This document shows positions 47,313 to 56,856 of a stretch of DNA of 63,343 nucleotides, in pieces. The position numbers were made by a program, and so were the translations under genes. Position 1 is the stretch's first letter; each line of letters starts with the position of its first letter. The DNA is taken from the NCBI GenBank assembly GCA_031549455.1, contig JAVBPT010000020.1:1-63343 (forward strand). The letters are read 5' to 3'. This DNA is from Eubacteriales bacterium. GTDB lineage: Bacteria; Bacillota; Clostridia; Lachnospirales; JAKSVV01. The notes under the pieces are model-generated. The model was given only the letters and a program-made list of their open reading frames with translations. It was not told the DNA's origin and did not search any database.

Positions 47313-47882
47313 ATGGCAAGCGTAGCAGCGAGTAGTTGGTATACGGATATGGGTTCGGTGTACACGCAAACAAAGGCAAAAGAAAGTACGACGGATAAAG
47401 ATATGTTTTTGAAGCTACTGGTAACCCAACTTCAATATCAAGATCCATTAAATCCAATGGAAGATAAAGACTTCTTAGCCCAAATGGCCCAATTTACAAC
47501 CTTGGAAGAAATGCAAAATATGAATAAGACACAACAAATGTCACAGGCATATTCATTAATCGGAAAACTGGTGGCAGGTAGTGTAACCAATTCATCCACG
47601 CTTGAAGTTGGAATGGTGGTTGGAGAAGTAGAGGGTGTAATCATCGAAAATGGAAAGGTATATGTAAGCGTCGACGGAATGAAAGTGGAGCTCGATAAGA
47701 TCGAAGCCATAACAACCGTGCCAAAGGGCAATACACCAGACTATGATGCTTTTTTGGAGGCTCTAAATAAAATATTAGAGAGATTGCAAAACTTAGAAAC
47801 GTTGGTAAAAAAGCCGGATGAAACTGAAGACCCAGGGGAACCTGAAACGCCGGAGGACCCGGGGACCGTTGAAGAAGGCTAG
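47313..47882 (+). CDS. flgD: Flagellar hook capping protein
   Basis: DKDMFLKLLVTQLQYQDPLNPM..FLAQMAQFTTLE. Confidence 0.95.
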   Translation: MASVAASSWYTDMGSVYTQTKAKESTTDKDMFLKLLVTQLQYQDPLNPMEDKDFLAQMAQFTTLEEMQNMNKTQQMSQAYSLIGKLVAGSVTNSSTLEVGMVVGEVEGVIIENGKVYVSVDGMKVELDKIEAITTVPKGNTPDYDAFLEALNKILERLQNLETLVKKPDETEDPGEPETPEDPGTVEEG

Positions 47883-47980
47883 TCGATATAAGATGAATCA
47901 GAAGGAACTGATAATGAAATGTACATGGATTGTATAGTAGAAAAAGTGAGTAAAATAAATGTGATAAAAGGAGAAAGAAT

Positions 47981-49342
47981 ATGTTAAGATCAATGTACTC
48001 AGGAGTATCAGGCCTTAGAATTCATCAAACCAAGTTAGATGTAATCGGTAACAATATAGCAAACGTAAACACAACAGGATTTAAAGCATCAAGAGTAACG
48101 TTTAATGAAATTTTCTCACAAACACTTCAATCTGCCAGCGGAGGTTCCGCAACACGAGGGGGAACAAACCCAATGCAAATAGGGCTAGGAGCCAACATAG
48201 CAAGTATTGACGTGCAAATGACGGAAGGACCAGCACAAAGAACGGATAATCCGCTAGACCTTAAAATAGAGGGAGAAGGCTTCTTCATTGTAACAGATGG
48301 AAAGGGATATAAATTTACAAGAGACGGTTCATTTAAGGTGGATGTACAAGGGAATTTGATTAACTCAGCTGGATATAGAGTGTGTGGATGGCTTACAGAC
48401 CCAGTGACGGGCGAAATCGTAAAAGCACCTGCAGAACCACTTAAGGTTATGACAGCAGAAACCTATACCATCGCACCACAAAAAACAAGTAAAATTGCTT
48501 ATGAAAAGAATCTAAATATATTAGACGGAGATCCAACCGGATCAGGTGTGCCAATTATGACCACTTTCTATGATTCACTTGGAAATAAGTATACTGCAAA
48601 AATGACAGCCAAATACTATACGAATGAGTATGCTACAGCAAATCCAGCAGATCCAGATGTTGTTGCGCTTGGTGGAAGTTTACCAGCGTGGTCCATATCA
48701 AAGATCGATTCTTTTAGAGATGTAAATGGAAATGAAGTGAAGTTTGGTGGAGCCGATATAGCGGGCACCCTTTTGTCAGCCCCTATTATCATTGAATTTG
48801 ATGTATCCGGTAAACCAATTAATACAACTTCATATGGTTTAGACTTCTCAACAGTGACACCATTCGATTCAGTTGAATCTGCAATGGGGGGAGCTGGAAG
48901 CGTTGTTACTTTAGACTTTTCTGGTCTAACCCAATACGACAGTGAAACGACGATCGCTTCACGTGGTTTAGATGGTAGAGCGCCTGGAAAATTTGATGGA
49001 TATCAAATTGGAGCAGATGGAAAGATCATTGTAAAGTACGATAATGGTGAAAGCAAAATTCTTGGACAGATTGCACTTGCCACGTTCATCAATCCAGCTG
49101 GTCTTCAAAAAGTGGGTGGAAACCTATTCGAGACAACCATTAACTCAGGTGACTTTGATGGAATAGGGGTTGATCCGCTTTCAGTTGGAACATTGAATGC
49201 GGGTGTGCTGGAAGCATCCAATGTGGACCTTGCCAAAGAATTCACAGAAATGATTACCGCACAAAGAGGATTCCAAGCCAATTCAAAGATTATAACCACT
49301 TCAGATCAAATCTTAGATGAGTTAACCAATTTAAAGAGATAA
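47981..49342 (+). CDS. flgE: Flagellar hook protein
   Basis: MLRSMYSGVSG, IGNNIANVNTTGFK, LEASNVDLAKEFTEMITAQRGFQANSK. Confidence 0.96.
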   Translation: MLRSMYSGVSGLRIHQTKLDVIGNNIANVNTTGFKASRVTFNEIFSQTLQSASGGSATRGGTNPMQIGLGANIASIDVQMTEGPAQRTDNPLDLKIEGEGFFIVTDGKGYKFTRDGSFKVDVQGNLINSAGYRVCGWLTDPVTGEIVKAPAEPLKVMTAETYTIAPQKTSKIAYEKNLNILDGDPTGSGVPIMTTFYDSLGNKYTAKMTAKYYTNEYATANPADPDVVALGGSLPAWSISKIDSFRDVNGNEVKFGGADIAGTLLSAPIIIEFDVSGKPINTTSYGLDFSTVTPFDSVESAMGGAGSVVTLDFSGLTQYDSETTIASRGLDGRAPGKFDGYQIGADGKIIVKYDNGESKILGQIALATFINPAGLQKVGGNLFETTINSGDFDGIGVDPLSVGTLNAGVLEASNVDLAKEFTEMITAQRGFQANSKIITTSDQILDELTNLKR

Positions 49343-49350
49343 AGATAGGC

Positions 49351-49384
49351 AATACTCCTCATACTGAACAGAGGAGTATTTTTA
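49351..49384 (+). terminator. Intrinsic terminator
   Basis: aatactcctc-atactgaaca-gaggagtatt followed by T residues. Confidence 0.8.
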
Positions 49385-49465
49385 TGTAAGATTTTGAGTT
49401 TTTTTGGACTGGCATTTTTAAAAAAGTGTGTTATAATGGTTTTATCAAATTTAAAGGAGGGTCCT

Positions 49466-50596
49466 GTGGAAGAAATGAGAAAGAGTAAGCTTGAGGTGGG
49501 AGAGCTTGGTATCGTGGCAATGAATGGTTCCCATGAGCTTGCGAGTGAAGTAGAACAGTATATTAAAGACATTCGTAGAGATGAAAAAACGCATATGATT
49601 AGAACATCCTTTCCTAGATTCGGTTCAGGAGAAGCAAAGGGCTTAATCCATGAAACGGTAAGGGGAAAGGATATTTTTATTCTTGTGGATTGTTTTCATT
49701 ATGGAGTGACCTATACCATGCAGGGAATGACCGTTCCAATGAGCCCGGATGATCATTTTCAGGATCTAAAAAGGGCGATTTCTGCACTTTGTGGGAAACC
49801 GAGGCGGATCAATGTGATTATGCCAATGCTTTATGCGGGCAGACAACACAAAAGAAGCGCAAGGGAATCTCTAGACTGTGCTGTGGCTTTGCAGGAGTTA
49901 CAGGCGCTGGGTGTTAAAAATATTCTTACCTTTGATGCACACGATCCTAGGGTGCAAAATGCGATCCCAAACAGTGGATTTGATAGTCTAAGTCCCACCT
50001 ATCAGATGATTAAAACTCTCATTGAAAATGAGAAAGACATTCGAATTGACGATGAGAATCTGATGATGATCTCGCCAGATGAGGGGGGTGTGCCAAGGGC
50101 CATGTATTATTCCTCTGTGCTAGGAGTAAATCTTGGGATGTTCTATAAGCGAAGAAATTATGCGGTTATTGTGGATGGGAAAAATCCAATCGAGGCACAT
50201 GAGTATTTGGGGAAAGAGATAAAAGGGAAAGATGTGATTATATCTGATGACATGATTTCATCAGGTGATTCCATGCTTGAGGTATGTGAAATTGTAAAGA
50301 AAAAGGGAGCAAGACGTGTATATGTATTTGCCACCTTTGGTCTATTTTGCAACGGAATTGAGGGGTTTGACGAAGCTTATAAGAAAGGAAATATCACCAA
50401 GATCTTTACCACAAATTTGGCATACGTAAGGCCGGAGATATTGCAAAGGGACTGGTATACCCAGGTAGACATGTCAAAGTACTTGGCCCATCTGATCGAT
50501 GCCATTAATTATGACGCATCCATCAGTGAGCTGATTGACCCATTTGTTAAGATTAAAACATTACTTGAGGAAACGGGAAATCGGAAGATTGGCTAA
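49466..50596 (+). CDS. prs: Ribose-phosphate pyrophosphokinase
   Basis: RFGSGE, YAGRQHKR, DAHDPRVQ, SPDEGG, DDMISSGDS; GTG start after AAGGAGG. Confidence 0.93.
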   Translation: MEEMRKSKLEVGELGIVAMNGSHELASEVEQYIKDIRRDEKTHMIRTSFPRFGSGEAKGLIHETVRGKDIFILVDCFHYGVTYTMQGMTVPMSPDDHFQDLKRAISALCGKPRRINVIMPMLYAGRQHKRSARESLDCAVALQELQALGVKNILTFDAHDPRVQNAIPNSGFDSLSPTYQMIKTLIENEKDIRIDDENLMMISPDEGGVPRAMYYSSVLGVNLGMFYKRRNYAVIVDGKNPIEAHEYLGKEIKGKDVIISDDMISSGDSMLEVCEIVKKKGARRVYVFATFGLFCNGIEGFDEAYKKGNITKIFTTNLAYVRPEILQRDWYTQVDMSKYLAHLIDAINYDASISELIDPFVKIKTLLEETGNRKIG

Positions 50597-50684
50597 ATAG
50601 ATGCAAATTTTACTAGTGCAAATACATAAAAAACATGTTATAATAAATAGTAACATGTTTTTTAATGTAAAAGGAAGTAAAAAA

Positions 50685-51287
50685 ATGGAAATTAATAAGC
50701 ACAATGTGGAATTAGAGATATCAGTTGGTCATATAAAACAAGTTCCTAGTAATAAATTAAAACATATTGTTTTGTTGGGAAAATCCAATGTGGGAAAATC
50801 CTCCTTGATTAATGCGCTTATTAATCGAAGAAATTTTGCAAGAACCAGTTCTACGCCCGGCAAAACAAGAACCATAAACTTCTATAACGTCGATAAAAAA
50901 TTCTATTTTGTAGACCTACCAGGGTATGGCTTTGCCAACATTTCAAAAGAGAAAAAAGAGGCATTCTCTACACTAATTGAGGAGTATTTGAACAGGATAC
51001 CCAATCCCAAAAAACTTGTCATGCTCATCGATATAAGGCATGAGCCAAGCAAGAATGACATGGTGATGTATGAGTATATGAAACAGATAGGGGAGAGTAT
51101 CTTGATTGTTGCCACAAAGGCGGATAAAATTTCTAAAAACGAGAAAATAAAAAACCTGAATCTACTGATCAAAACACTTAAAATTGATCAAAAGGATGAG
51201 ATTATTCCTTTCTCATCTGTAACGAAAGACGGAGTGGATTTGGTCTGGAAAAGGATAGAGGAGGAGATTCATAATGAAAATCATTAA
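50685..51287 (+). CDS. engB: Ribosome biogenesis GTPase YsxC/EngB
   Basis: GKSNVGKSS, SSTPGKTR, DLPGYG, TKADK. Confidence 0.95.
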   Translation: MEINKHNVELEISVGHIKQVPSNKLKHIVLLGKSNVGKSSLINALINRRNFARTSSTPGKTRTINFYNVDKKFYFVDLPGYGFANISKEKKEAFSTLIEEYLNRIPNPKKLVMLIDIRHEPSKNDMVMYEYMKQIGESILIVATKADKISKNEKIKNLNLLIKTLKIDQKDEIIPFSSVTKDGVDLVWKRIEEEIHNENH

Positions 51288-52956
51288 AATATTGATATTC
51301 ATTATAGCGATGGTGGGCGTATTCTATTTGGGCGCTTATATAAATAACCAATATGTACCCAGCTTTAAGATGATTTCCTTCAGAGAGATCGCTTTGGCAT
51401 CTGCCAGGAATAAGACGGCCCTTGTGATTGATGATTTAATTGTAAACGATGAAGCGGATGTTTTAATCTATGAAAAAGATTATTTGATTCCGGTAAGCGT
51501 GGTGCAAAGATATATGGATGATTCCATGTTTATTGAAGGGGATAAGATCCTGATCACTTATGCCAATAAGTACATCAAGATGCAATTGGATCACAAGGAC
51601 TATTATGAAAATGGACAAAAAAAGACATCGAATCTGGAGCCGAGACGTATAGCCGAAATGGATTACGTCCCAATCTCCACATTTTCAGCGCTCTATCACC
51701 TTGAAATATCATATATTGAAGAAAACGATATTTTATTAATCCAAAAAAAAGAAACCCAAAAGACATTGGGAAATCTAATTAAAAATACGGAGCTTAGATT
51801 GGGACCCGACAAAAAAATGCAGATTGTAGAAAAATTAAAAAAAGGGGCTGCTTTCTATATTTACGAAAAAGGTGAGGAATGGTCAAGGGTAAGAACACAG
51901 ACTGGAATGGTTGGCTATTTAAAAACAAAATATATAAATGAGATTGGCGAGGTGGAAAACACAGTTGTAGAAACAGCGATTCCAAAGAGGCTGCCGGAGG
52001 GAAAGATTAGCATGCTTTGGCATCAAATTACAGTAGTATCTGCCAATCCCAAAATAGAGGATCTGGAAAAAATACCCGGTGTGACGGTGATCTCACCAAC
52101 CTGGTTTGGAATAAAGAATATAAAGGGTGATCTAAAGGATATCGCGGAGCCGTCTTACGTGGAATGGGCGCATCAAAATGGATACGAGGTATGGCCCCTC
52201 ATTTCAAACAGTTTTAATGAGCAGGAAATGACACATGAGGCCCTGTCGAATGTGGAGACTCGTGAGAAAATGATCAATCAGATTGCCACGTTTGTGGAAG
52301 AGTATCATTTGGATGGGATTAACGTGGATATAGAGAATATAAAAAGGGACACGGGCAGATATTTTCTCCAATTTATCCGTGAGCTTGCAATCTGCGCGAA
52401 CCGCAACCAGTTTATTTTATCCGTTGATATGTATATGCCAAGTGGCTCAACTGAACACTATTATCGAAAAGAATTGGGAGAAGTCATTGACTATTTGTGC
52501 TTAATGGCGTATGATGAACATTGGTCGACATCAAGGGAGAGTGGTTCGGTGGCTTCACTTCCATGGGTTAGAAAAGGTGTGGAGACCACTATAAATCTTG
52601 TACCAAAGGAAAAGGTGATACTGGGGATTCCAACGTATACCAGGCTTTGGATTGAGAAGGATGGCACGTTAACGCAAAAGAGCGCGCAGGCTTTAGGCAT
52701 GGAAAGTGCATATAAAAACTTGATAGATCATCAGGCACCCATTTATTATGATGAGGAAACGGAACAAAATTATGGGGAATATGAAAAAGATGGATCCATC
52801 TATAGAATATGGCTTGAGGATGAGATGTCGATTGAGAAGAGGTTAGAAGTGATGAAGAGCTATGGATTAGCGGGCACTGCAACCTGGAAAAAAGGATTTG
52901 AAAAGGAGACCATATGGCCAATTTATAGTAAATATATTTTACAAGGAGAAAAGTAG
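51274..52956 (+). CDS. GH18 glycoside hydrolase with stalk and SH3b-like domains
   Basis: ISPTWF, catalytic DGINVDIE, LMAYDEHW, ILGIPTYTR, IWLED; EWSRVRT.TG.VGY (SH3b-like). Confidence 0.88.
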   Translation: MKIIKILIFIIAMVGVFYLGAYINNQYVPSFKMISFREIALASARNKTALVIDDLIVNDEADVLIYEKDYLIPVSVVQRYMDDSMFIEGDKILITYANKYIKMQLDHKDYYENGQKKTSNLEPRRIAEMDYVPISTFSALYHLEISYIEENDILLIQKKETQKTLGNLIKNTELRLGPDKKMQIVEKLKKGAAFYIYEKGEEWSRVRTQTGMVGYLKTKYINEIGEVENTVVETAIPKRLPEGKISMLWHQITVVSANPKIEDLEKIPGVTVISPTWFGIKNIKGDLKDIAEPSYVEWAHQNGYEVWPLISNSFNEQEMTHEALSNVETREKMINQIATFVEEYHLDGINVDIENIKRDTGRYFLQFIRELAICANRNQFILSVDMYMPSGSTEHYYRKELGEVIDYLCLMAYDEHWSTSRESGSVASLPWVRKGVETTINLVPKEKVILGIPTYTRLWIEKDGTLTQKSAQALGMESAYKNLIDHQAPIYYDEETEQNYGEYEKDGSIYRIWLEDEMSIEKRLEVMKSYGLAGTATWKKGFEKETIWPIYSKYILQGEK

Positions 52957-52957
52957 T

Positions 52958-53647
52958 ATGTACAAAGTTTTAGTTGTCGATGATGAGAAGTTGATTGTAA
53001 AGGGGATTAAATTTGCTCTAGAGCAGGATAGTATGGATGTGGATACGGCTTATGATGGAGATGAAGCAATTGAAAAGGCCAGAAACAATGAATATGATCT
53101 GATTGTTCTGGATGTGATGTTACCCAAAAAAGATGGTCTGGAAGTTTGTCAAACGATACGGGAAACTTCTAAGGTGCCAATTCTCATGTTGACAGCAAAA
53201 GGGGAAGATATGGATAAGATCATGGGACTAGAATATGGGGCAGATGACTATATGACGAAACCATTCAATGTCCTTGAGTTTAAAGCCAGAATTAAGGCAA
53301 TCTTGAGGAGGAGCGGTTATACAGTCATAAAAGAACCTGTAAATCCATCTTCTCTTATACAAGTAAAGGATCTTGAAATGAACCTAGAATCACGTAGAAT
53401 AAAAATAGCAGGGGTTGAGATTAATCTGACTGCAAAAGAATTTGATATTCTGCATCTTTTGATTACAAACCCGAATAAAGTATACAGTAGAGAAGTTTTA
53501 TTAAATAAAATATGGGGAGAGTATTTAGGAGACGTTCGTACGGTAGATGTGCATATGAGAAGGTTGCGTGAGAAGATAGAGGAAAATCCAAGCAATCCTA
53601 AATATTTATATACAAAGTGGGGAGTGGGTTACTATTTTAAAGATTGA
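52958..53647 (+). CDS. OmpR-family response regulator
   Basis: VVDDE, LDVMLP, MLTAK, GADDYMTKPF, RTVDVHMRRLREKIE, TKWGVGY. Confidence 0.96.
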   Translation: MYKVLVVDDEKLIVKGIKFALEQDSMDVDTAYDGDEAIEKARNNEYDLIVLDVMLPKKDGLEVCQTIRETSKVPILMLTAKGEDMDKIMGLEYGADDYMTKPFNVLEFKARIKAILRRSGYTVIKEPVNPSSLIQVKDLEMNLESRRIKIAGVEINLTAKEFDILHLLITNPNKVYSREVLLNKIWGEYLGDVRTVDVHMRRLREKIEENPSNPKYLYTKWGVGYYFKD

Positions 53648-54992
53648 TAAGATATGGTATAAAACCAAATGGATTCATAGTTTAAGATTAAAACTTGCGC
53701 TGATTTATATTTCAATCAGCGTCCTTTCATTGGCTTTTTTTACAACGGTTATCTATACCACTTTAGAGGAAGCCTTTGTAAAAGAATACAGGCAAGAGAT
53801 TGAGGTGAAGCTGGATAACCTGTCCAGATATATTGAGGAAAATCTGGATATTTATTACGATAATGAAGAGTTACTGTTTAAATATATTCGGTTGGTGGAA
53901 GAGGAATCGGGAATAAAAATCTCGATTGTGGATTTAAATCATGACATCGGCAATGAGGAGTTGCCCTCTAACATAGATGCAGAGACTTTTGTGGAAGACC
54001 AAGAAGGGAACCCCGTCTTACATATTTATTCTGTCAGCGAGTCGACAATTGTAAAGGACCTAATTAGTCATATTAGTGATAAGGTTGTCTATATCAGTGT
54101 TGGAACGATACTTGGATTGGCGATTATTGTATTTCTCATTACCGGATTTATCACCAACCCAATTCATAGAATGTTAAAAATCATTGATAAGATGGCTAAT
54201 GGAAAGTTTGATGAGAAGGTAAAAGTAAAAGGACATGATGAGCTTGCGGAGCTTGCGATGGCCTTTAATCAAATGAGTGCAAAACTTCAAAAAATTGATG
54301 CCAATCGGCAAGAATTTGTGTCGAATGTATCGCACGAATTAAAAACGCCACTCAGCTCAATGAAGGTATTAATAGAGTCCATGTTACTACAAGAGGACAT
54401 ATCAAGGGATGTGTACAAAGAATTTCTGGCGGATACAAATAGTGAAATCGACCGGTTGACGGAAATCATTAATCATTTATTGATGCTTGTGAAGTTGGAT
54501 ATAAAGGTCTTGCCACTGACGCTGGAGGTCATTAACCTAAATCAAATGATGGATGGAATTGTGAAAAGACTTTCTATTTTGGCGAGTAAGAAGAACATAG
54601 AACTTAAGATCATTGAAGAGAAAGATGAAGTGATTGCGGAGATAGATAAGATTAAGATGACTTTGGCAATTTCAAATCTGATCGAAAACGGGATTAAGTA
54701 CACAGATGACGGGTGCGTAGAGGTTAAGATTGATTCAGATCACCAAAATGCCTATATAACGGTTACGGATACAGGAGTAGGCATAGCAGAAGAAGAGCAG
54801 AATAAAATTTTTGATCGGTTCTACCGGATTGATAAAACCAGAGATAGGGAGACAGGGGGAACAGGACTGGGCCTCTCCATAACACATCGAGCAGTTTTGC
54901 TACATGAAGGGAGTATCAAAGTGATCAGCGAAGAAGGGAAAGGAACCTCATTTGTTGTAAGAATTCCGATTAAACAGAATAAAGATAAATAG
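53634..54992 (+). CDS. HAMP-domain sensor histidine kinase (start uncertain, possibly non-canonical)
   Basis: HAMP DELAELAMAFN, H-box VSHELKTPL, NLIENGIKY, GGTGLGL. Frame is open upstream of TTG 53730 through SLRLKLALIY. Confidence 0.9.
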   Translation: MLKIDKIWYKTKWIHSLRLKLALIYISISVLSLAFFTTVIYTTLEEAFVKEYRQEIEVKLDNLSRYIEENLDIYYDNEELLFKYIRLVEEESGIKISIVDLNHDIGNEELPSNIDAETFVEDQEGNPVLHIYSVSESTIVKDLISHISDKVVYISVGTILGLAIIVFLITGFITNPIHRMLKIIDKMANGKFDEKVKVKGHDELAELAMAFNQMSAKLQKIDANRQEFVSNVSHELKTPLSSMKVLIESMLLQEDISRDVYKEFLADTNSEIDRLTEIINHLLMLVKLDIKVLPLTLEVINLNQMMDGIVKRLSILASKKNIELKIIEEKDEVIAEIDKIKMTLAISNLIENGIKYTDDGCVEVKIDSDHQNAYITVTDTGVGIAEEEQNKIFDRFYRIDKTRDRETGGTGLGLSITHRAVLLHEGSIKVISEEGKGTSFVVRIPIKQNKDK

Positions 54993-55059
54993 AATTTTAT
55001 CCTAAATTGTAGAAAACTATTTTTAAATATGTTATGATGGTGTCAATATAGGTAGGGAT

Positions 55060-55611
55060 ATGGCAAGTCTAAGCAATGATGAAAGGTTTATAATCCTCTC
55101 AACTGAGAATGTGTATATTACATGGGAACAAATCGAAGAATGTGCTAGAATGATTGCGAAGGATATTGATCAAAAGTATAGAGATCAGAAAGTGTGTTTG
55201 TTGGGTGCTGCAAGAGGCGGACTGATTCCGCTTATTCGCATCTCGCATTTACTTGATATGAGGGATATTTCAATTATTCAGGTCAAATTAACGGCAACAG
55301 ATGACCCGATTTACGAAGGCAATACAATGAGACCGGAGATTGTGCTAGAGTGTTTAAAGAATCAATTTGACCAGTTTATTCTAATAGAAGATGTCATTGA
55401 GACAGGAACCACGTGTAATGAGGTCATTAAGTTAATTGAAAGCTATGGTAAAAAAGTGGTAGAAACGTATGCTCTGTATGTAAGAGAAAGTTTCATTGAA
55501 AAAGGGCGAGAATTGGAAAAAAATACCCCATTATCTTATATCTACACAAAACCAGATGAATGTTGGGCATTTTTGCCTTGGGAGGTAAAAGTGGACTTAA
55601 ATCAAATATAA
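55060..55611 (+). CDS. Type I phosphoribosyltransferase (purine PRT/Gpt-like)
   Basis: ITWEQ, GAARGGLIP, PRPP loop LIEDVIETGTT, WAFLPWE. Confidence 0.85.
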   Translation: MASLSNDERFIILSTENVYITWEQIEECARMIAKDIDQKYRDQKVCLLGAARGGLIPLIRISHLLDMRDISIIQVKLTATDDPIYEGNTMRPEIVLECLKNQFDQFILIEDVIETGTTCNEVIKLIESYGKKVVETYALYVRESFIEKGRELEKNTPLSYIYTKPDECWAFLPWEVKVDLNQI

Positions 55612-55631
55612 AAAAGCCGTAAGGCTTTTTT
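55610..55631. terminator. Bidirectional terminator
   Basis: aaaaaagcc-gtaa-ggctttttt between convergent genes. Confidence 0.85.
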
Positions 55632-56856
55632 ATATAACTTTATGTAGTGAGAGCTGATCATTTAAAAGATTTTCATTTGCAATTTTTGTGATCTCCTCTT
55701 CGATTTGTTTTTGATTAGAATTAAAGGCCTCAATGAACTTATCAACCAGTATGGTGTCAAATTGAGTAGAGGCATTCTTTTTTAATTCTTCTTTTGCGTT
55801 AATAAATGTTTTTGGGTCATTATAATTCCTTCTACTTGTCATGGCATCAAAAGCATCAGCAATGGCGACAATTCGAGCAATAAGAGGGATATTTTCGCCA
55901 CTCAGTCGATCTGGGTATCCATTTCCATCATATCTTTCATGATGGTTTCGGATGGCAGGTACCACTTTATCGAACATCTTGTTGTTATAAATCAAGGAAT
56001 GCCCAATAAGCGCATGTTTTTTAATGTGTTCATATTCTTCATTTGTAAGTTGTGTTTCTTTCTTTAGAATTTCATCCCGGATACCAATCTTTCCGATATC
56101 ATGGAATAAACCGCCGATTTTTAAGGCTTTTAGCATTTCCTCAGATAGATTAATTTGTTTTCCTAGATAAACGGAGAACATGGCAACCCGGTCAGCGTGA
56201 CCACGGGTATAAGTATCCTTGGCATCAACCACTTTCCGTAATGTATCAATTACTTCATAGTAATTATGCTCTAGTTCAGAATGTAGTTTTTCGACTTCTT
56301 CAGAGTAAGATTTGGCTTCCGCATACAATTGGCGAATTCGTTTATTTTGTTCAATTGACTTGATTCCGGATTGGATCCACACATTTAGCTCATCCATTTT
56401 ATCCGTCTTTTGGCAGTAGCCCTGTATATTTAAAGAGGCCACCGTTTCAAGGGGAGGCTTTCTATCGGAGTAACCGGTTACAATAATAATAAATAGTGAA
56501 AAATTGGTTTTTCTGATCTCAGAAACCAATTCGTCCCCATTAATTGGGGTCATAAGATAGTCGGTTATAAGAATATCAAAGGAGTCATTACTTTTAATCA
56601 TTTCTAGTGCTTCCACCGGGTTGGTTGTACGAGTTACCTTATCGATACCAATATTCCTTAGATTTATTTGCATTGTATCAAGAGCACCATCATTGTCATC
56701 GACAATGAGTACTCTATAGGTAGAGTTATTTTTCATGACTTCTTCAGAGAGCGCCTTTGCTTCTATTTTTTCTACATTAGCAACGGCTTCTCTTCTTTCT
56801 TCCTCGGTTAGTTCTAGTTTGTTTTCTTGCTGAGATGTGCCACTTCCGATTCTCAT
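55630..56856 (-). CDS. Response regulator with REC and HD-GYP c-di-GMP phosphodiesterase domains
   Basis: LIVDDN, ITDYLM, TG, QK in REC; AKDTYTRGH, HDIGKIG, HHERYDGNGYP, IADAFDAMTS. Confidence 0.95.
   Translation of the reverse strand: MRIGSGTSQQENKLELTEEERREAVANVEKIEAKALSEEVMKNNSTYRVLIVDDNDGALDTMQINLRNIGIDKVTRTTNPVEALEMIKSNDSFDILITDYLMTPINGDELVSEIRKTNFSLFIIIVTGYSDRKPPLETVASLNIQGYCQKTDKMDELNVWIQSGIKSIEQNKRIRQLYAEAKSYSEEVEKLHSELEHNYYEVIDTLRKVVDAKDTYTRGHADRVAMFSVYLGKQINLSEEMLKALKIGGLFHDIGKIGIRDEILKKETQLTNEEYEHIKKHALIGHSLIYNNKMFDKVVPAIRNHHERYDGNGYPDRLSGENIPLIARIVAIADAFDAMTSRRNYNDPKTFINAKEELKKNASTQFDTILVDKFIEAFNSNQKQIEEEITKIANENLLNDQLSLHKVI

Noticed and set aside
51274..52956. Chitinase call for the GH18 protein
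   Set aside because: No chitin-binding module; the SH3b/stalk architecture fits cell-wall or spore-associated GH18 proteins, so the substrate is left unassigned.
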